Shown here: positions 11,253 through 21,942 of the stretch, piece by piece
How the letters are laid out: every line of letters begins with the position of its first letter
How positions within the stretch are numbered: the first letter of the stretch is position 1
Assembly: GCF_001194135.2 (NCBI RefSeq)
Contig: NC_068993.1
Location: 25,783,257-25,826,853, forward strand
Source of the DNA: Octopus bimaculoides
Lineage: Eukaryota
Reading direction: 5' to 3'
DNA: 43,597 bases
Program-made: the position numbers and the translations under genes
The notes under the pieces: model-generated
Seen by the model: the letters and a program-made list of their open reading frames with translations, nothing else
The model's database searches: none
Told to the model about the DNA's origin: nothing

Positions 11253-11271
11253 TCATGTATATGGGTATATA

Positions 11272-11603
11272 TGAGGCACAGTCAAAAAGTATCCGACTTT
11301 TCCTGCCAAAACTAATGCTGTGTGTCGAAATCCTTTGGGTGGGAAGTGATCCCACTCTTCCTGCTCATGCATGAAAATTTTGCACTGGTAGGCTGCATCA
11401 GTTCTTTCTGTCACATCTAGAGTACAGACATGTAGTGGATTTCTGTACTCTAGGCATAACTGCTGTGAACTGACGCAGCCTACCAGCACGAAAAACTCCC
11501 CACAAGCGCAGAAATGGTGGCATCACCCCCAAAGGGTATTGCTCACATGGCATTAGTTTTTGGTGGGAAAACATAAAGTCAGATACTTTCTGAACACACC
11601 CAG
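11272..11603. mobile_element. Mariner-type MITE with TA target-site duplication and nested internal inverted repeats
   Basis: TIRs ...TCAAAAAGTATCCGACTTT / AAAGTCAGATACTTTCTGAA; TA at 11270-71 and 11604-05; internal IRs GGTAGGCTGCATCAGTTC/GAACTGACGCAGCCTACC and CTAGAGTACAGA/TCTGTACTCTAG. Confidence 0.85.
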
Positions 11604-11691
11604 TATGTGTGCGTGTGTGTGTGTGTGTAGTGTACTGTTCCATGATATAAGATCACCATAAAAAAATTCTCCATCTAGTGAGAGATAAATG

Positions 11692-11837
11692 TTATTTAAT
11701 AAACACAGTATGTTTTTATGTTCTCCTATTAGTTTCATGCAATGAAAGCATGTCAGACAGAATTTTTTAACACATCTGGCATGTTTTCATTGCATGAAAC
11801 TAATAGTAGCATGTAAAAACATATTGTGTTTATTGAA

Positions 11838-11840
<3 letters not shown>
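11692..11840. repeat. ~150-bp hairpin (65-bp arms, ~17-nt loop), probably a mini-MITE
   Basis: 11692-11757 is the reverse complement of 11775-11840 with few mismatches; abuts (TA)n. Confidence 0.85.
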
Positions 11841-11876
<36 letters not shown>

Positions 11877-11887
11877 NNNNNNNNNNN

Positions 11888-11942
<55 letters not shown>

Positions 11943-12139
11943 TACATACATGTGTGTATGAGTATGTATGTACATGAATGATTGAAAATTATAGGGCACA
12001 AATATTTTCATTAAAAGTTTTAAAAAATAAAGTACACAATCATTATAACAAGACATAATTAAAAAGAAATAAAACATAAAAAATTTACTCGCTACATGTC
12101 TCTGCCTTCCTGACATTGTATTGTTGTCTTGAGTACCAG

Positions 12140-13370
12140 AAGGCATCTGTTAACATTTTTTGAATCATTTGGAATAGGACTATTCCAATTCATTATATCT
12201 CTGACCTATTTTCACTAATAATCTAACTTTTGCATGTTTACTGTATTCCCAACCTAACAACAACTGTTATTTTTACCTCTTTGGAATGCCACTGGCATCA
12301 CAGATATGCAGTTCTATCAATTAATTGTTAATTTGGTTATGAAAGGAAGGTGATTCAGTCCTTCAGTCTCTGCTTGACCATCTTCTTTATTTCTGAGGAC
12401 AAATACTATTGTTGTTTTGTGAAAGCTATTCTTCCTCACTTACTTGTGTTGGCTTTTCCGTAACCAAAATCTCTTTCTCATTACACATTGATGAAATGTT
12501 GTTGCTTGGTTGCTACTGTAAAAGGATAAGGTGCTTGCTCATTTGTGTTTATTAGGATTATGAACAAGATGATTTCTTCCACCATCCTGGATGTTGTATC
12601 TTTTGGTCCTCTTGAAAATGATTTTTGTTGCATTTGTCACTGCTCCAGTTAGTCTTTGTTGCTGCGAGGTGGTTCTATGTAGCAACTAGGTATTTTTGTC
12701 TTGTATCATCAATCTCATGCCTTTTGTTTTGACAACCTCAACTAGACACAATTCCAGTATGATTTTGTGGTCTTCAGGCTTCATTAGGACTTCTAAATCC
12801 ATTTTGATAACTCCTGATCACATATTGTTTCTTGCCAACCTTGCTTTAATCCTCCACTCATGCTGCAGTAAAAAACTCATGGTAACCCTTTATTTCTTTG
12901 CTCTATATTCTGGGCTGAAATGGATGTGTATCAAACATTTTCACTTATGTTTTGGCTGAGTCTTTAGTTTTTGTAGTAGAAGGGATGGCAAACTTCAAAC
13001 AGATAGAGAAACTGCTCTCCACTGGGATCAGAAAAGCTTATTGTACGAACCTAAATGCTTACACTACTCTGGCCAGAATCTACTGTCTCTCTGAATTCAC
13101 TTCACACAGCATTTTGCTTTGAATGCCTGACAGAGAAAGAGGCAGACTGAATCACCTGCTTCTTGGCATTACATCACTTCCTCCTTCATTTCCAGTCTTG
13201 ATGTCTTCCTTCCTCCCTTGCTTCTGTTCCTGACATCTCCCTTGCTTTTGGTTCTGATGTTTCCCTTTCTCCCTTGCCCCTGGTCCTGATATCTCCCTCC
13301 TCCTTTGCTTCTGGTCCTGCTGTCTCCACTTCTTCGCACTTTTAAAAGTGCAACATGTGGTACCAAAACT
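12140..13370 (-). pseudogene. Possible heavily decayed non-LTR ORF1 (gag-like) relic
   Basis: Minus-strand FSPEYRAKK*RVT...HEWRIKARLA...GMRLMIQ followed by a frameshifted PSCY / NHLAAT knuckle-like remnant; layout parallels 15345-16070. Weak evidence. Confidence 0.3.
13213..13325. repeat. Degenerate ~24-bp tandem repeat (about 4 units)
   Basis: TCCCTTGCTTCTG(G/T)TCCTGA.ATC units. Confidence 0.8.
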
Positions 13371-14121
13371 TTTTCATTTCTCAGTTGAGAAAATTTCTCT
13401 TAAATTATCCTTGGATACTTGTTGTAATTATCATTTTAATGGTAATTTTAATCCTTTCTAAAACATGGGGATATTATTTTGTCTTTGCTCTCCCTTGGAT
13501 TAGGCCCTGTGGCAAAGAAATATAGTCTGCTTTTACAAAATTCTGCCAACTACTTTTTCCTCTCTGGTAACTGTGTTAAATCTAAAAATTCAGTTTGTGT
13601 TTTAAACAAGGTAAGACTAACTTTGAACACAGTAAAAATATGACAATTTTAAAATGCTTAACCATGTTCAAGTGTTGCTGTTTTTATTGCTGGTATTATT
13701 ACTATCTTCAAAATTATTTGTTAGACTGTTTGAAATGTTTTTCTGATAATTTTTTATTAAGATATTCATTTTCTTCTTTTTATTGATTTGGTTATATATT
13801 TTGTTTTTGCATTGCCTTTTTCACTTTGTTTGCTATTGCAATATTTTGTCTTATAACAAGTTTCTGGTAGCCATTCTGAATGTGAACATATGGTTAACAC
13901 ATAAATGTAATAAGGTCTGCAAAAATATACAGCTTTGTTTTGTCTACCTCCCCCATTCCAGTGTTGAGACAGGCAATTCTCTGGTTATTATAAATTTTAG
14001 TAAATTTTTCAAAGACAATTATATTTGATGATGCCAAAAATAAAGTTCTGATACAGAGAGAAAAAAATTATCTTCACACTGCAAGACTCAATAAGAATGA
14101 TGATGATGATGATGATGCTTG

Positions 14122-14320
14122 TTATTTAGGCACAAGACCAGGAATTTTTAGAAGTTGGGGGTTTGTCAATACCAACTCTACAATAATAGGCTGGTACTTT
14201 ATTTAATCAACCCCAAAAAGATGGAATGCAAAGTTGACTTTACAGGTATTTGAACTCAGTAGATATACCATAAGGCCTTTTGTTCAATGTTTCAAGAATT
14301 TTGTCAAACCATGGTACCAA
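14122..14320 (-). mobile_element. tRNA-SINE family B, degraded
   Basis: GGCACAAGACCAG...GCTGGTACTTTATTTAATCAACCCC...GCAAAGTTGAC...ATTTGAACTCAG. Confidence 0.75.
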
Positions 14321-14494
14321 CTGCTTCTAGGATAATTATGATCTTAAGGCATGTTAAAAGACTTTATAATAATTTCTTTTATTTGTCAAAATAGCGAGGG
14401 ATATGAACATTAAATAAATATTATAAGAATAGATTGCAAAAACAGTGTGGATTTATGCAAAATGGATAATTAGAAAACAAAAATTAAAAAACGA

Positions 14495-14660
14495 TTTATG
14501 CTTATGTGGTTAAGAAGTTTACTTCACAACCATGAAATTTCTGACTCAATTTGCATGGCACCTTGGGGAAGTCTCTTCTACTACAACCCCAGTCAGTTAA
14601 TACCTTGTGAGTGAATTTGGTAGACAAAAACTATGTGAAAGCCTATTGTGCATTTGTGTA
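14495..14660 (+). mobile_element. tRNA-SINE family A, degraded
   Basis: TGTGGTTAAGAAGTTTACTT...TGGCACCTTGGGGAAGT.TCTTCTACTA...CCTTGTGAGTGAATTTGGTAGAC. Confidence 0.8.
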
Positions 14661-14694
14661 TATACATAAATAGATACATACATGCATACATACA

Positions 14695-14724
<30 letters not shown>

Positions 14725-14726
<2 letters not shown>

Positions 14727-14825
14727 AATAACTGATGGAGACTGGAGGGTATATCAGCCGAAACATGTGAACAACAAACAAGATGAGGACAATTATCCGT
14801 CAAATGTAAATAATGTACATAATTA
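14725..14825 (+). mobile_element. Short PLE pLTR-like fragment with degenerate HHR
   Basis: CTGATGG(A9>G)-AGACTG-GAGGGTATAT-CAGCC-GAAA-CATGTG at 14732-14769; the GUG triplet is not a cleavable NUH. Confidence 0.5.
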
Positions 14826-15207
14826 TGATCAGAACCCTCCCTTCTAGGGTTTTGGCAATGGGGAAAGCATCAGGACGCTTGCTTGTCAAAATTTTGTCTT
14901 TGTGTCTACAAATTCTGTTAATTCTCTGTTCTCTTTCCATAGAACTGTGTAATCCAAAGGCTCATCAGAGAGATGTTGTTCAGAAAGTTCTGTCACTCAT
15001 GGTTGATGTGATTGTTGTCATTATGGTTCTTTTTGTTTTGGTTTCCCCTGTTGCAGATCTTGTTGAGTCTCTCGCTATTGCTGAGAATGCTGTTTCGTTC
15101 CTTGATGTTGTAGTAGCTGATTTATCTCTTCTTGTTGTTGTCGTTGTTGTTGTAGCTTCTGCTGCTGCTGATGTTGTTGGCTTGTAGCTTTGATTTCGAG
15201 ATTGAGA

Positions 15208-15261
15208 TTGGCTGCAGTGTTTTCAAAACTGGCTGCAGCATTTTCAAAATTGGCTGCAGCA
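15208..15261. repeat. 21-bp tandem repeat, about 2.5 units
   Basis: (T/C)TGGCTGCAG..TTTTCAAAA units. Confidence 0.9.
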
Positions 15262-15344
15262 AAGCTACTTAGTTACATGCCCACAAACTTTTGGGATTTA
15301 GGGGTTACAAGCGTATTTTCTCTCCCACTTTACCCTTTTGAGGG

Positions 15345-16070
15345 TCAGTTAACAATCACCCACTTGGATGGTTTTATTTCCAAGGAGTCAGTAAGATTCC
15401 CTATGGCCTTATTTCCTCTCTGTTCCAGTGTATTTTTGGCATTTGGGATATTGAAGCAGCATGAGGCACCTCTCATTACAGTGGGGTAGAAAGCTTTTAA
15501 ATGGCCAGTTTTGCTACAGATGTAACACCTGAGTTTCCTACCCTCCACAACCACCCACATCTGCTCACACTCTCCAGAACAGAAAATGTCCAGGATAGCA
15601 TGAACTTCTTCTGGAGCAAACAAAACCTGGAACTCCATGGACACTCTTGTATTGTTTTGTTGAAGGCTTGATTGTAAGCTTATCATCTCTCCATGCTCCT
15701 CTAGCATGGCCATTACTCTGGCCTGGTCCATACAAGGAGGTATGCCTGAGACCCTGACCCTGGTCACACTAAGTCCCATGTATAAAGGGAGAATCACATA
15801 ATGGTCAGAAGAGCAGGTCATTGTAGCTATCCTACATGCTTCCTTTTCATTGCTACAGATAGCTGCCATGGTCCCATATTGTTTTCCTTGACAGACATAA
15901 ACTACGGAAGGCCACACCTCCTCCAGGCATTTTTCTATTTGAGCTGGGGAAGGGTATAGTGGCTTTCTCTTTCTGCAATTAATGCACTTATAAATTATCA
16001 TTCTCTTTTTGGTGGAAATCCTTTCCTCTTCTGGGAGAGCCATTGATGCCAGATCGAATGATAACTTCAT
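15345..16070 (-). CDS. 241-aa ORF resembling non-LTR retrotransposon ORF1p (RRM-like region plus CCHC zinc knuckle)
   Basis: YMGLSVTRVRVSGIPP (RRM-like strand) and VVVEGRKLRCYICSKTGHLKAFYP (CX2CX4HX4C with last Cys as Tyr); Thr/Ala/Asn-rich low-complexity flanks extend ~14830-16480. Confidence 0.6.
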   Translation of the reverse strand: MKLSFDLASMALPEEERISTKKRMIIYKCINCRKRKPLYPSPAQIEKCLEEVWPSVVYVCQGKQYGTMAAICSNEKEACRIATMTCSSDHYVILPLYMGLSVTRVRVSGIPPCMDQARVMAMLEEHGEMISLQSSLQQNNTRVSMEFQVLFAPEEVHAILDIFCSGECEQMWVVVEGRKLRCYICSKTGHLKAFYPTVMRGASCCFNIPNAKNTLEQRGNKAIGNLTDSLEIKPSKWVIVN

Positions 16071-16631
16071 GATATTTTTTAACTGCCTCCTCTATCCCTT
16101 GCAAAGAATGAGTGGTCTATATATTCGGATGTGTATCCTTGTTACTCTCTTCGTAAATAACATTACTGTTGACACTGTAGTAGCAGTCTGCAGTTTTGTT
16201 GATGCCAATACTGCTGCTGATGGTTACAATATTATCATTGTTGTTGCTGTTGCTGCTGCTGTTGGTTTCATTACTACTATTATTGTTGTTGATGTTGTTC
16301 TTGCTGATGTCGTTATTGTTGTTGCTGGAGCAGTCACGAGTCATGCTGGTGTTAGTGGTCTTATTTTGGCTGTTGGTGATGTTGTTGTTGATGGTATGGT
16401 GGTAATGGTAGTAGTAGTGCTGGTGTTGGTGGCGATGTTAATGTCTGTAGGTTCTTTGCAAAAGTCAAAAGGAGTGGGGATCTATACGCTTGGTTGACTA
16501 CTATAACATGAGGAAGCAGATACATTTTCACCTGTGGGATTAGTCAACTGAATCAAGGCATTATATAACTGATACTTAATTTATTAACTTGAAGAGGCAA
16601 AAGATTAAGTTGATTAATTAAGATTTGGATA

Positions 16632-17075
16632 GGTAGTGGATTGGCATAGACTTTAAACCAATGGTTCTCAACTGGGTCCACACAAGCAAAATAGTAAGCT
16701 GGGGATCCACAGTAATGTTTTATGGGTCCATGAAAACGTTTTGCTTCAGAGGTATTTATTGGACGAAACAGCAAGATTTATTTCTCTAACCTACATAAGT
16801 TAATGTATGAAAAACAAAATAGGAATTTTAAAGACATAAATATAAAACTATTTTTTAAACTCTGAATGGCTTTGGGGGTCCATTAGAGTAAAATAGTAAC
16901 CAAAGGTGGCTATTGGTAAAAAATGGTTGAGAACCATTGTCTTAAACTATCGACAAAATGCTTGTACTAATTCATTACAACCCTTTAGAGTTGAAATCCC
17001 ACCAAAATTAACACTACCTTTTATCCTTCAAGTGCTTATAAATAAAGTGCCAGTCAAGTATAAGTGTTGATTCCT
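16632..17075 (+). mobile_element. tRNA-SINE family B interrupted by a hAT MITE
   Basis: Head GGTAGTGGATTGGCATAGA before the MITE; GACAAAATGCTT...GAGTTGAAATCC...TTTTATCCTT...AAAGT.CCAGT after it. Confidence 0.55.
16659..16939. mobile_element. hAT (Charlie-like) MITE, copy 1
   Basis: Perfect 14-bp TIR CAATGGTTCTCAAC/GTTGAGAACCATTG; 8-bp flanks CTTTAAAC/TCTTAAAC; internally homologous to 40650-40949. Confidence 0.9.
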
Positions 17076-17934
17076 ATGATGCATCTTAGACGTGAATAGA
17101 ATTATAATAGAAGACAAGATTTGAGCAGCAAATAAAAAAAAAAACAATTAAAACCTGTAAAACTTTTCCCAAGCTTTGATCAACATTGCTATAGATTAAT
17201 TGATTGCTTACTTTTAAGAAAGGCAGGTAGCTCCAAAATAAAAGATGAGAAAAATTTTGTTATACTTCTTTCCTCTTTCATGCTGTGCATAAAGAAGTAG
17301 AAAATCTTAAGTAGGTCACAAAACTGGTTAAGTTTCATATATGTAATGAAGTGGGTTGAAAAATTTTGATCAGTTGAAATTATCTAAAGAATTTAGTTGA
17401 CTAAATCTCCCCCTGAGGACGCTTAAAGTATTAAATTGACAAATTAACTCAAATACAACCAGCTGATTGAAAACTTTGAAAAATATAGAAAATGTAGAAG
17501 CAAGAAAATCTAGTCTTAAAGCTAGAAGGTTGGTCAGAGAGTGACCATTGGTTTTGCATCTATAAAGTGCTTAGCTGTATAGGCAACTTGACAGATTCAA
17601 ATGGCTGGAGGCATGTAACCTCTCTACACTTGGAGGGAGGAAAACATCATAGTCAGTTGATTTTGTAAGCAACAAATTCCAGAATAAAACTCTACTGGCA
17701 AAACCTTGAGTGAAGCAGAGTTATTCATCTTAAATCAGTTCCAGTTCTGTCCACAATTCCTGTCAAGGGCATCGAAAGGTGGTAGCATTTCTCTAGTCAG
17801 CAACTGGAGAATTCCATGTTTCCAACAGGAATTTCCTCAGATGAGGGCACTGCCTAAACACCTCTTTTTTGAAGTTTAAAAAGGTCCCCAGGTCAAATGA
17901 ATTTTTCAGGATTCTTGCTCTTTCAGCCAAACGT

Positions 17935-18150
17935 ATTTCTGTGTCTGTGCCCTTGAGCTGGTGGCATTATAGCTGCTGTTGTTGCTGTCATTATCACTGT
18001 CAATGCTGTTGTCACTGCCAGACCCAATGCCAGTACTGCTGCTGTTGTTGTTGCTACTAGTGCTGCTGCTGGCACCATTGTTGTTCCTGCTGTTATTACT
18101 GGATGTGATGCTGGTGCTGCAATTGCTGCTAACAAGGCTGCTGTTGCTAT
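17935..18150. repeat. (TGC/TGT/TAC)n trinucleotide-rich low-complexity tract
   Basis: Direct reading; composition similar to 16190-16440. Confidence 0.8.
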
Positions 18151-18208
18151 TGATATATATATCCCCATAAGTTACAAATACATGAAATATATACATCCAT
18201 GCACATAT

Positions 18209-18605
18209 ACTCTTTACCCTTTAACTTGTTTCAGTCGTTTGACTACGGCCATACTGGAGCACCGCCTTTAGTCGAGCAAATCGACCCCGGGACTTATTCT
18301 TTGGAAGCCTAGTAGTTATTCTATCAGTCTCTTTTGCTGAACCGCTAAGTTACGGGGACGTAAACACACCACTATCGGTTGTCAAGCGATGTTGGGGGGA
18401 CAAACACAGACGCACAAACATTTTACACACACATACATATACACATATATATATACATATATACGATGGGCTTCTTTCAGTTTCCGTCTACCAAATCCAC
18501 TCACAAGGCTTTGGTCGGCCCGAGGCTATAGTAGAAGACACTTGCCTAAGGTGCCACGCAGTGGTTGGTAAGCAAGCTACTTACCACAACAGCCACTCCT
18601 GCGTC
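18209..18605 (-). mobile_element. Young-looking tRNA-SINE family A copy lacking its B box
   Basis: Head GCAGGAGTGGCTGT.TGTGGTAAGTAGCTTGCTTACCAACCAC joined directly to TGCGTGGCACC; central CCTTGTGAGTGGATTTGGTAGACGGAAACTGAAAGAAGCCC; tail ...GACTGAAACAAGT.AAAG. Confidence 0.9.
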
Positions 18606-20004
18606 TGTATGTATATTTGTATGTATAGAAATAGAGGAAATGCTGTGATGCTGATTATGAACACCATCAGTATAGCTGATGGAAAATATATTATTTTGCA
18701 TACTAAACACAATTGCTGCTGAATCTGGTAAATGTAATATATAGTGATTTGAACAATTTCATTCAAACAGTTAGTAGACAAAATCTCCCTCTAGAGATGT
18801 TTAAAATCTAAAAACAGGCAAATGAAGTAATGTCAATTAGATCTGGTTATCAAAGTTTTAGACAACATAGACCATGCAGATAAAAGTTGATCTGGTTTAA
18901 TGCTTCCCTGAGGGGATCTAATAAGACTGAAACATGTCTGTTGCTTTCTCCAGTTGGCTTTAAAGATCAGATTCACTCCAAACTGAAATGTCTATATATC
19001 CAAAATTCAAATTATCTGAACTTATAACTATTATTTCTCTTGCTTACTGTTTTGAAATTTTAATATCCCTAGAAGGAGTTTTGTTGACAAATTACTTGGG
19101 TGATCTCAACTGATTTAAGTTTTTCAAGCCAGAATGCCATCAATTTTAATTTTTTTGAATATCCAGAGATTGTTGGCTACCACAGTTGACATAAATAACT
19201 TGAACTTAATCTGTAAAAATAGTTGTAACTTATTGGGATATATTTAAGAAGTTAGAAACCCAGTGCAAGGACATGCATGCTAAGAAATGAAATTGACATT
19301 GAAGCTATTCTTATATGAATGTGCATTTTGTATTTGTTTGGGTCAGGGCAAATAAGCAGTAAGTTTAGAATGGTGTGCTCTCGATATCTCTTGGTACATC
19401 AAAGTATTGTGGTACATTGTTTGGGAAACCAGAATTCCAAAACAATGTGCTACAACACTTCAGTATGCCATGAGATGGAGTTATGTATGATGCAAAAATA
19501 ACATTAAAATTTCTTTAAATTTGAAAAATATAAATATATACACTTAAATTTTATGCTTTATTTAATGAAGCAATATTTAGTAATTTTATGTAGACTAAAA
19601 TATATATTCTTTTAATAGTTTTTTAAAATTTTGTTCAGACGTGTGTTGTAAGTAAAGAAAATATGAACCATTAAGCTAAATGATTGTAGATACTTATACA
19701 TGCATTAGAATATCTAATTATATGGGTTAAAAAACTATACTCTCCACACATCCAGGCAGGCTTAGAATGTGCAGAGCTAAGTAGATAATTATTTGCTATG
19801 ATAATATTTGACCCAAGATATCTTATAGTCTGTTTTGGTGTAGAGATCAAAGGAGCTTAGTCACAGGACTTGATGATTTAGTAGCCAAATCTTTTTCAAC
19901 TGACTTTGTGTGTTGTTGTCACATGTTGACAAGTCTTAACAACATACCTAAAATAATATTTGAATGCAAAGCATTGATATTTCATTTTAATCTTTTGGTA
20001 TTAA

Positions 20005-20208
20005 CCCACTTGAGACCATCTTCAGTTCGATGACATAAACATCATGTTTAAAAGTGATCTAAACTAAAACCTTCCATTAAAATTGCATGTTAATTTATGT
20101 TCCAAACATCCGCTGAATTAGGACAAAGGTATTCTATCAAATTCATTATTTTCCAAATTAATTGGATCAAAAACAGCACATCTCAAAAGAAATATGGTTA
20201 TGAAGAGG
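20005..20208. mobile_element. piggyBac-type MITE (~204 bp)
   Basis: TTAA|CCCACTT...ACCAT at left and ATGGT...AAGAGG|TTAA at right; TTAA at 20001-04 and 20209-12. Confidence 0.7.
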
Positions 20209-20623
20209 TTAATAGTGATAATAGTGTGGATAAAAATGATAAATGGGGTAGGAGAAAAAAAACAAAGTTATGAAGATGCATTGGAATATAATGCATGTTG
20301 TTCATAATGTGAGATTGTTTTAGCGAGAGCTAGGGCAATATTATACATCGGACAGTCAACATTGTATCCCCCTAGAGAAATATACTCATATATATCACAT
20401 TATGTTATGAGATAATAAGTATCAGAATATCATTTCTGAAATTGTCCATAATTTTCTAGTAGTTGGAGTGTGTGTGTGTAGAATCAAGGCTCTATGCTTA
20501 CTGCTATGTGATATGAAATGATGCTATGGAGAAGGGATAACACAAGTAGACAAGTAAGAATGAAACAAAAACATTTCAAATCATTTTTAATAGTTTCACC
20601 CTGAGCAGATATGTTATATGATA

Positions 20624-21942
20624 AGATGGGTTGCCCAAAAGAAACCAGAATTTTGCAATATTATTTTATTCACTTAGTTTTAAATGCTTACACTTTTACC
20701 GCCTTCAAAGTATTCTCCATTTGAAGCAATGCATCGATCCAAACGCATTTTCTACTGTCCAAAGCAGTCCTAGATCTCTTACAAAGTGATGCCTTTTAAT
20801 GCCTCCATCATTTTTTCCTTCACTTCTTCCACATCTGCAAAATGTTTTCCTTTAAGGACTTTCTCCATCCGGGGAAATAAAAAAAGTCACAGGGAGCAAG
20901 ATTGGGTGAATAGGGAGCATGGGTAAGCTGAGTTTTGCCATTTTTGGTTAAAACCTGTCTCACTTTCAAAGCAATATGTGCAAGCGCATTGTCATGATGA
21001 AACAACCACTCTCCCCTTTGCCACAGGTTGGGGCGTTTTCATCACACCATGTCATGCAAGTGCTTCAGAACTGCCAAGTAAAATGTCTGATTAACAGTTT
21101 GACCAGGAGGAATAAATTCTGTGTGGACAATTCCTTTCGCATTGATGAAACAAATCAGCATCGTCTTGAGATTGGATTTTACTTGACTCACTTTTTGGGA
21201 GCATGGTGACATTGAATGCTTCCATTGACTTGATTGCTGCTTTGTTTCCATGTCGTTGCCATAGCACCAACTTTTGTCACCAGTGATGACCTTCAAAAAG
21301 GGTCCAGATCAAATTCCAACTGTTCTTTCAGTTCATGATACACATTCAGTCATGACTGCTTTTGATTTTCCATGAGCAAGTGAGACACAAATTTTGCTGC
21401 AACTCTTTTCATTTGCAATTCCTTGCTCAAAATTCGTTGGCAAGAGCTCTAAGACACACCAGTCATATCAACAAGTTTGTCAATTGTTCGGTGACAGTCC
21501 TCCAAGACCAGTTCATGAATTTTCATAATGTTTTCACTCGTTGGGAAGGTTAATGGCTGCTCTGAACAAGATTGGTCTTCAAGTGACAAGTGACCATTTC
21601 TAAAGTGTGAAAACCACTCGTACACTTGTGTTTTGCTTATGGCGGCATCCTTGTAAACTGTTTGAAGTATAACAACTGTTTTGGTTGCCGTTTTCCTTGC
21701 AGAAAACAGAATTTTACAGAAGCATGCTGTTCTTTTGTTTCAGCCATCACAAAAATTGATGAGCAGGGGAGAATCACTGCAAAACAAAGATGCACCACGT
21801 GGCAGTATGAGTTCCCAGTATTATGTCAGTCAGCAGACTGATGCCTGAGGGTCACATCAAGTGGCTTCTAGCAGGGGGAACCTAAACTACAATAGGCTTA
21901 CCCCACAGAGAATGTTTCTGGTTACTTTTGGGTACCTCCTCA
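20624..21942 (-). mobile_element. Full-length (~1.32 kb) degraded mariner; transposase pseudogene ~21747-20680
   Basis: TIRs ...CCCAAAAG(A/T)AACCAGAA with TA flanks; MAETKEQHASVKFCF, VYEWFSHF, VITGDKSW, HHDNA...HAPYSPNLAPCDF with D34D spacing; stops and frameshifts. Confidence 0.95.

Noticed and set aside
14930-14972. Minus-strand CTGATGAG...GAAA
   Set aside because: No U16.1/NUH triplet and no stem II pairing; chance match.
19412-19450. 16-bp imperfect hairpin
   Set aside because: Short, AT-rich and isolated; not distinguishable from background.
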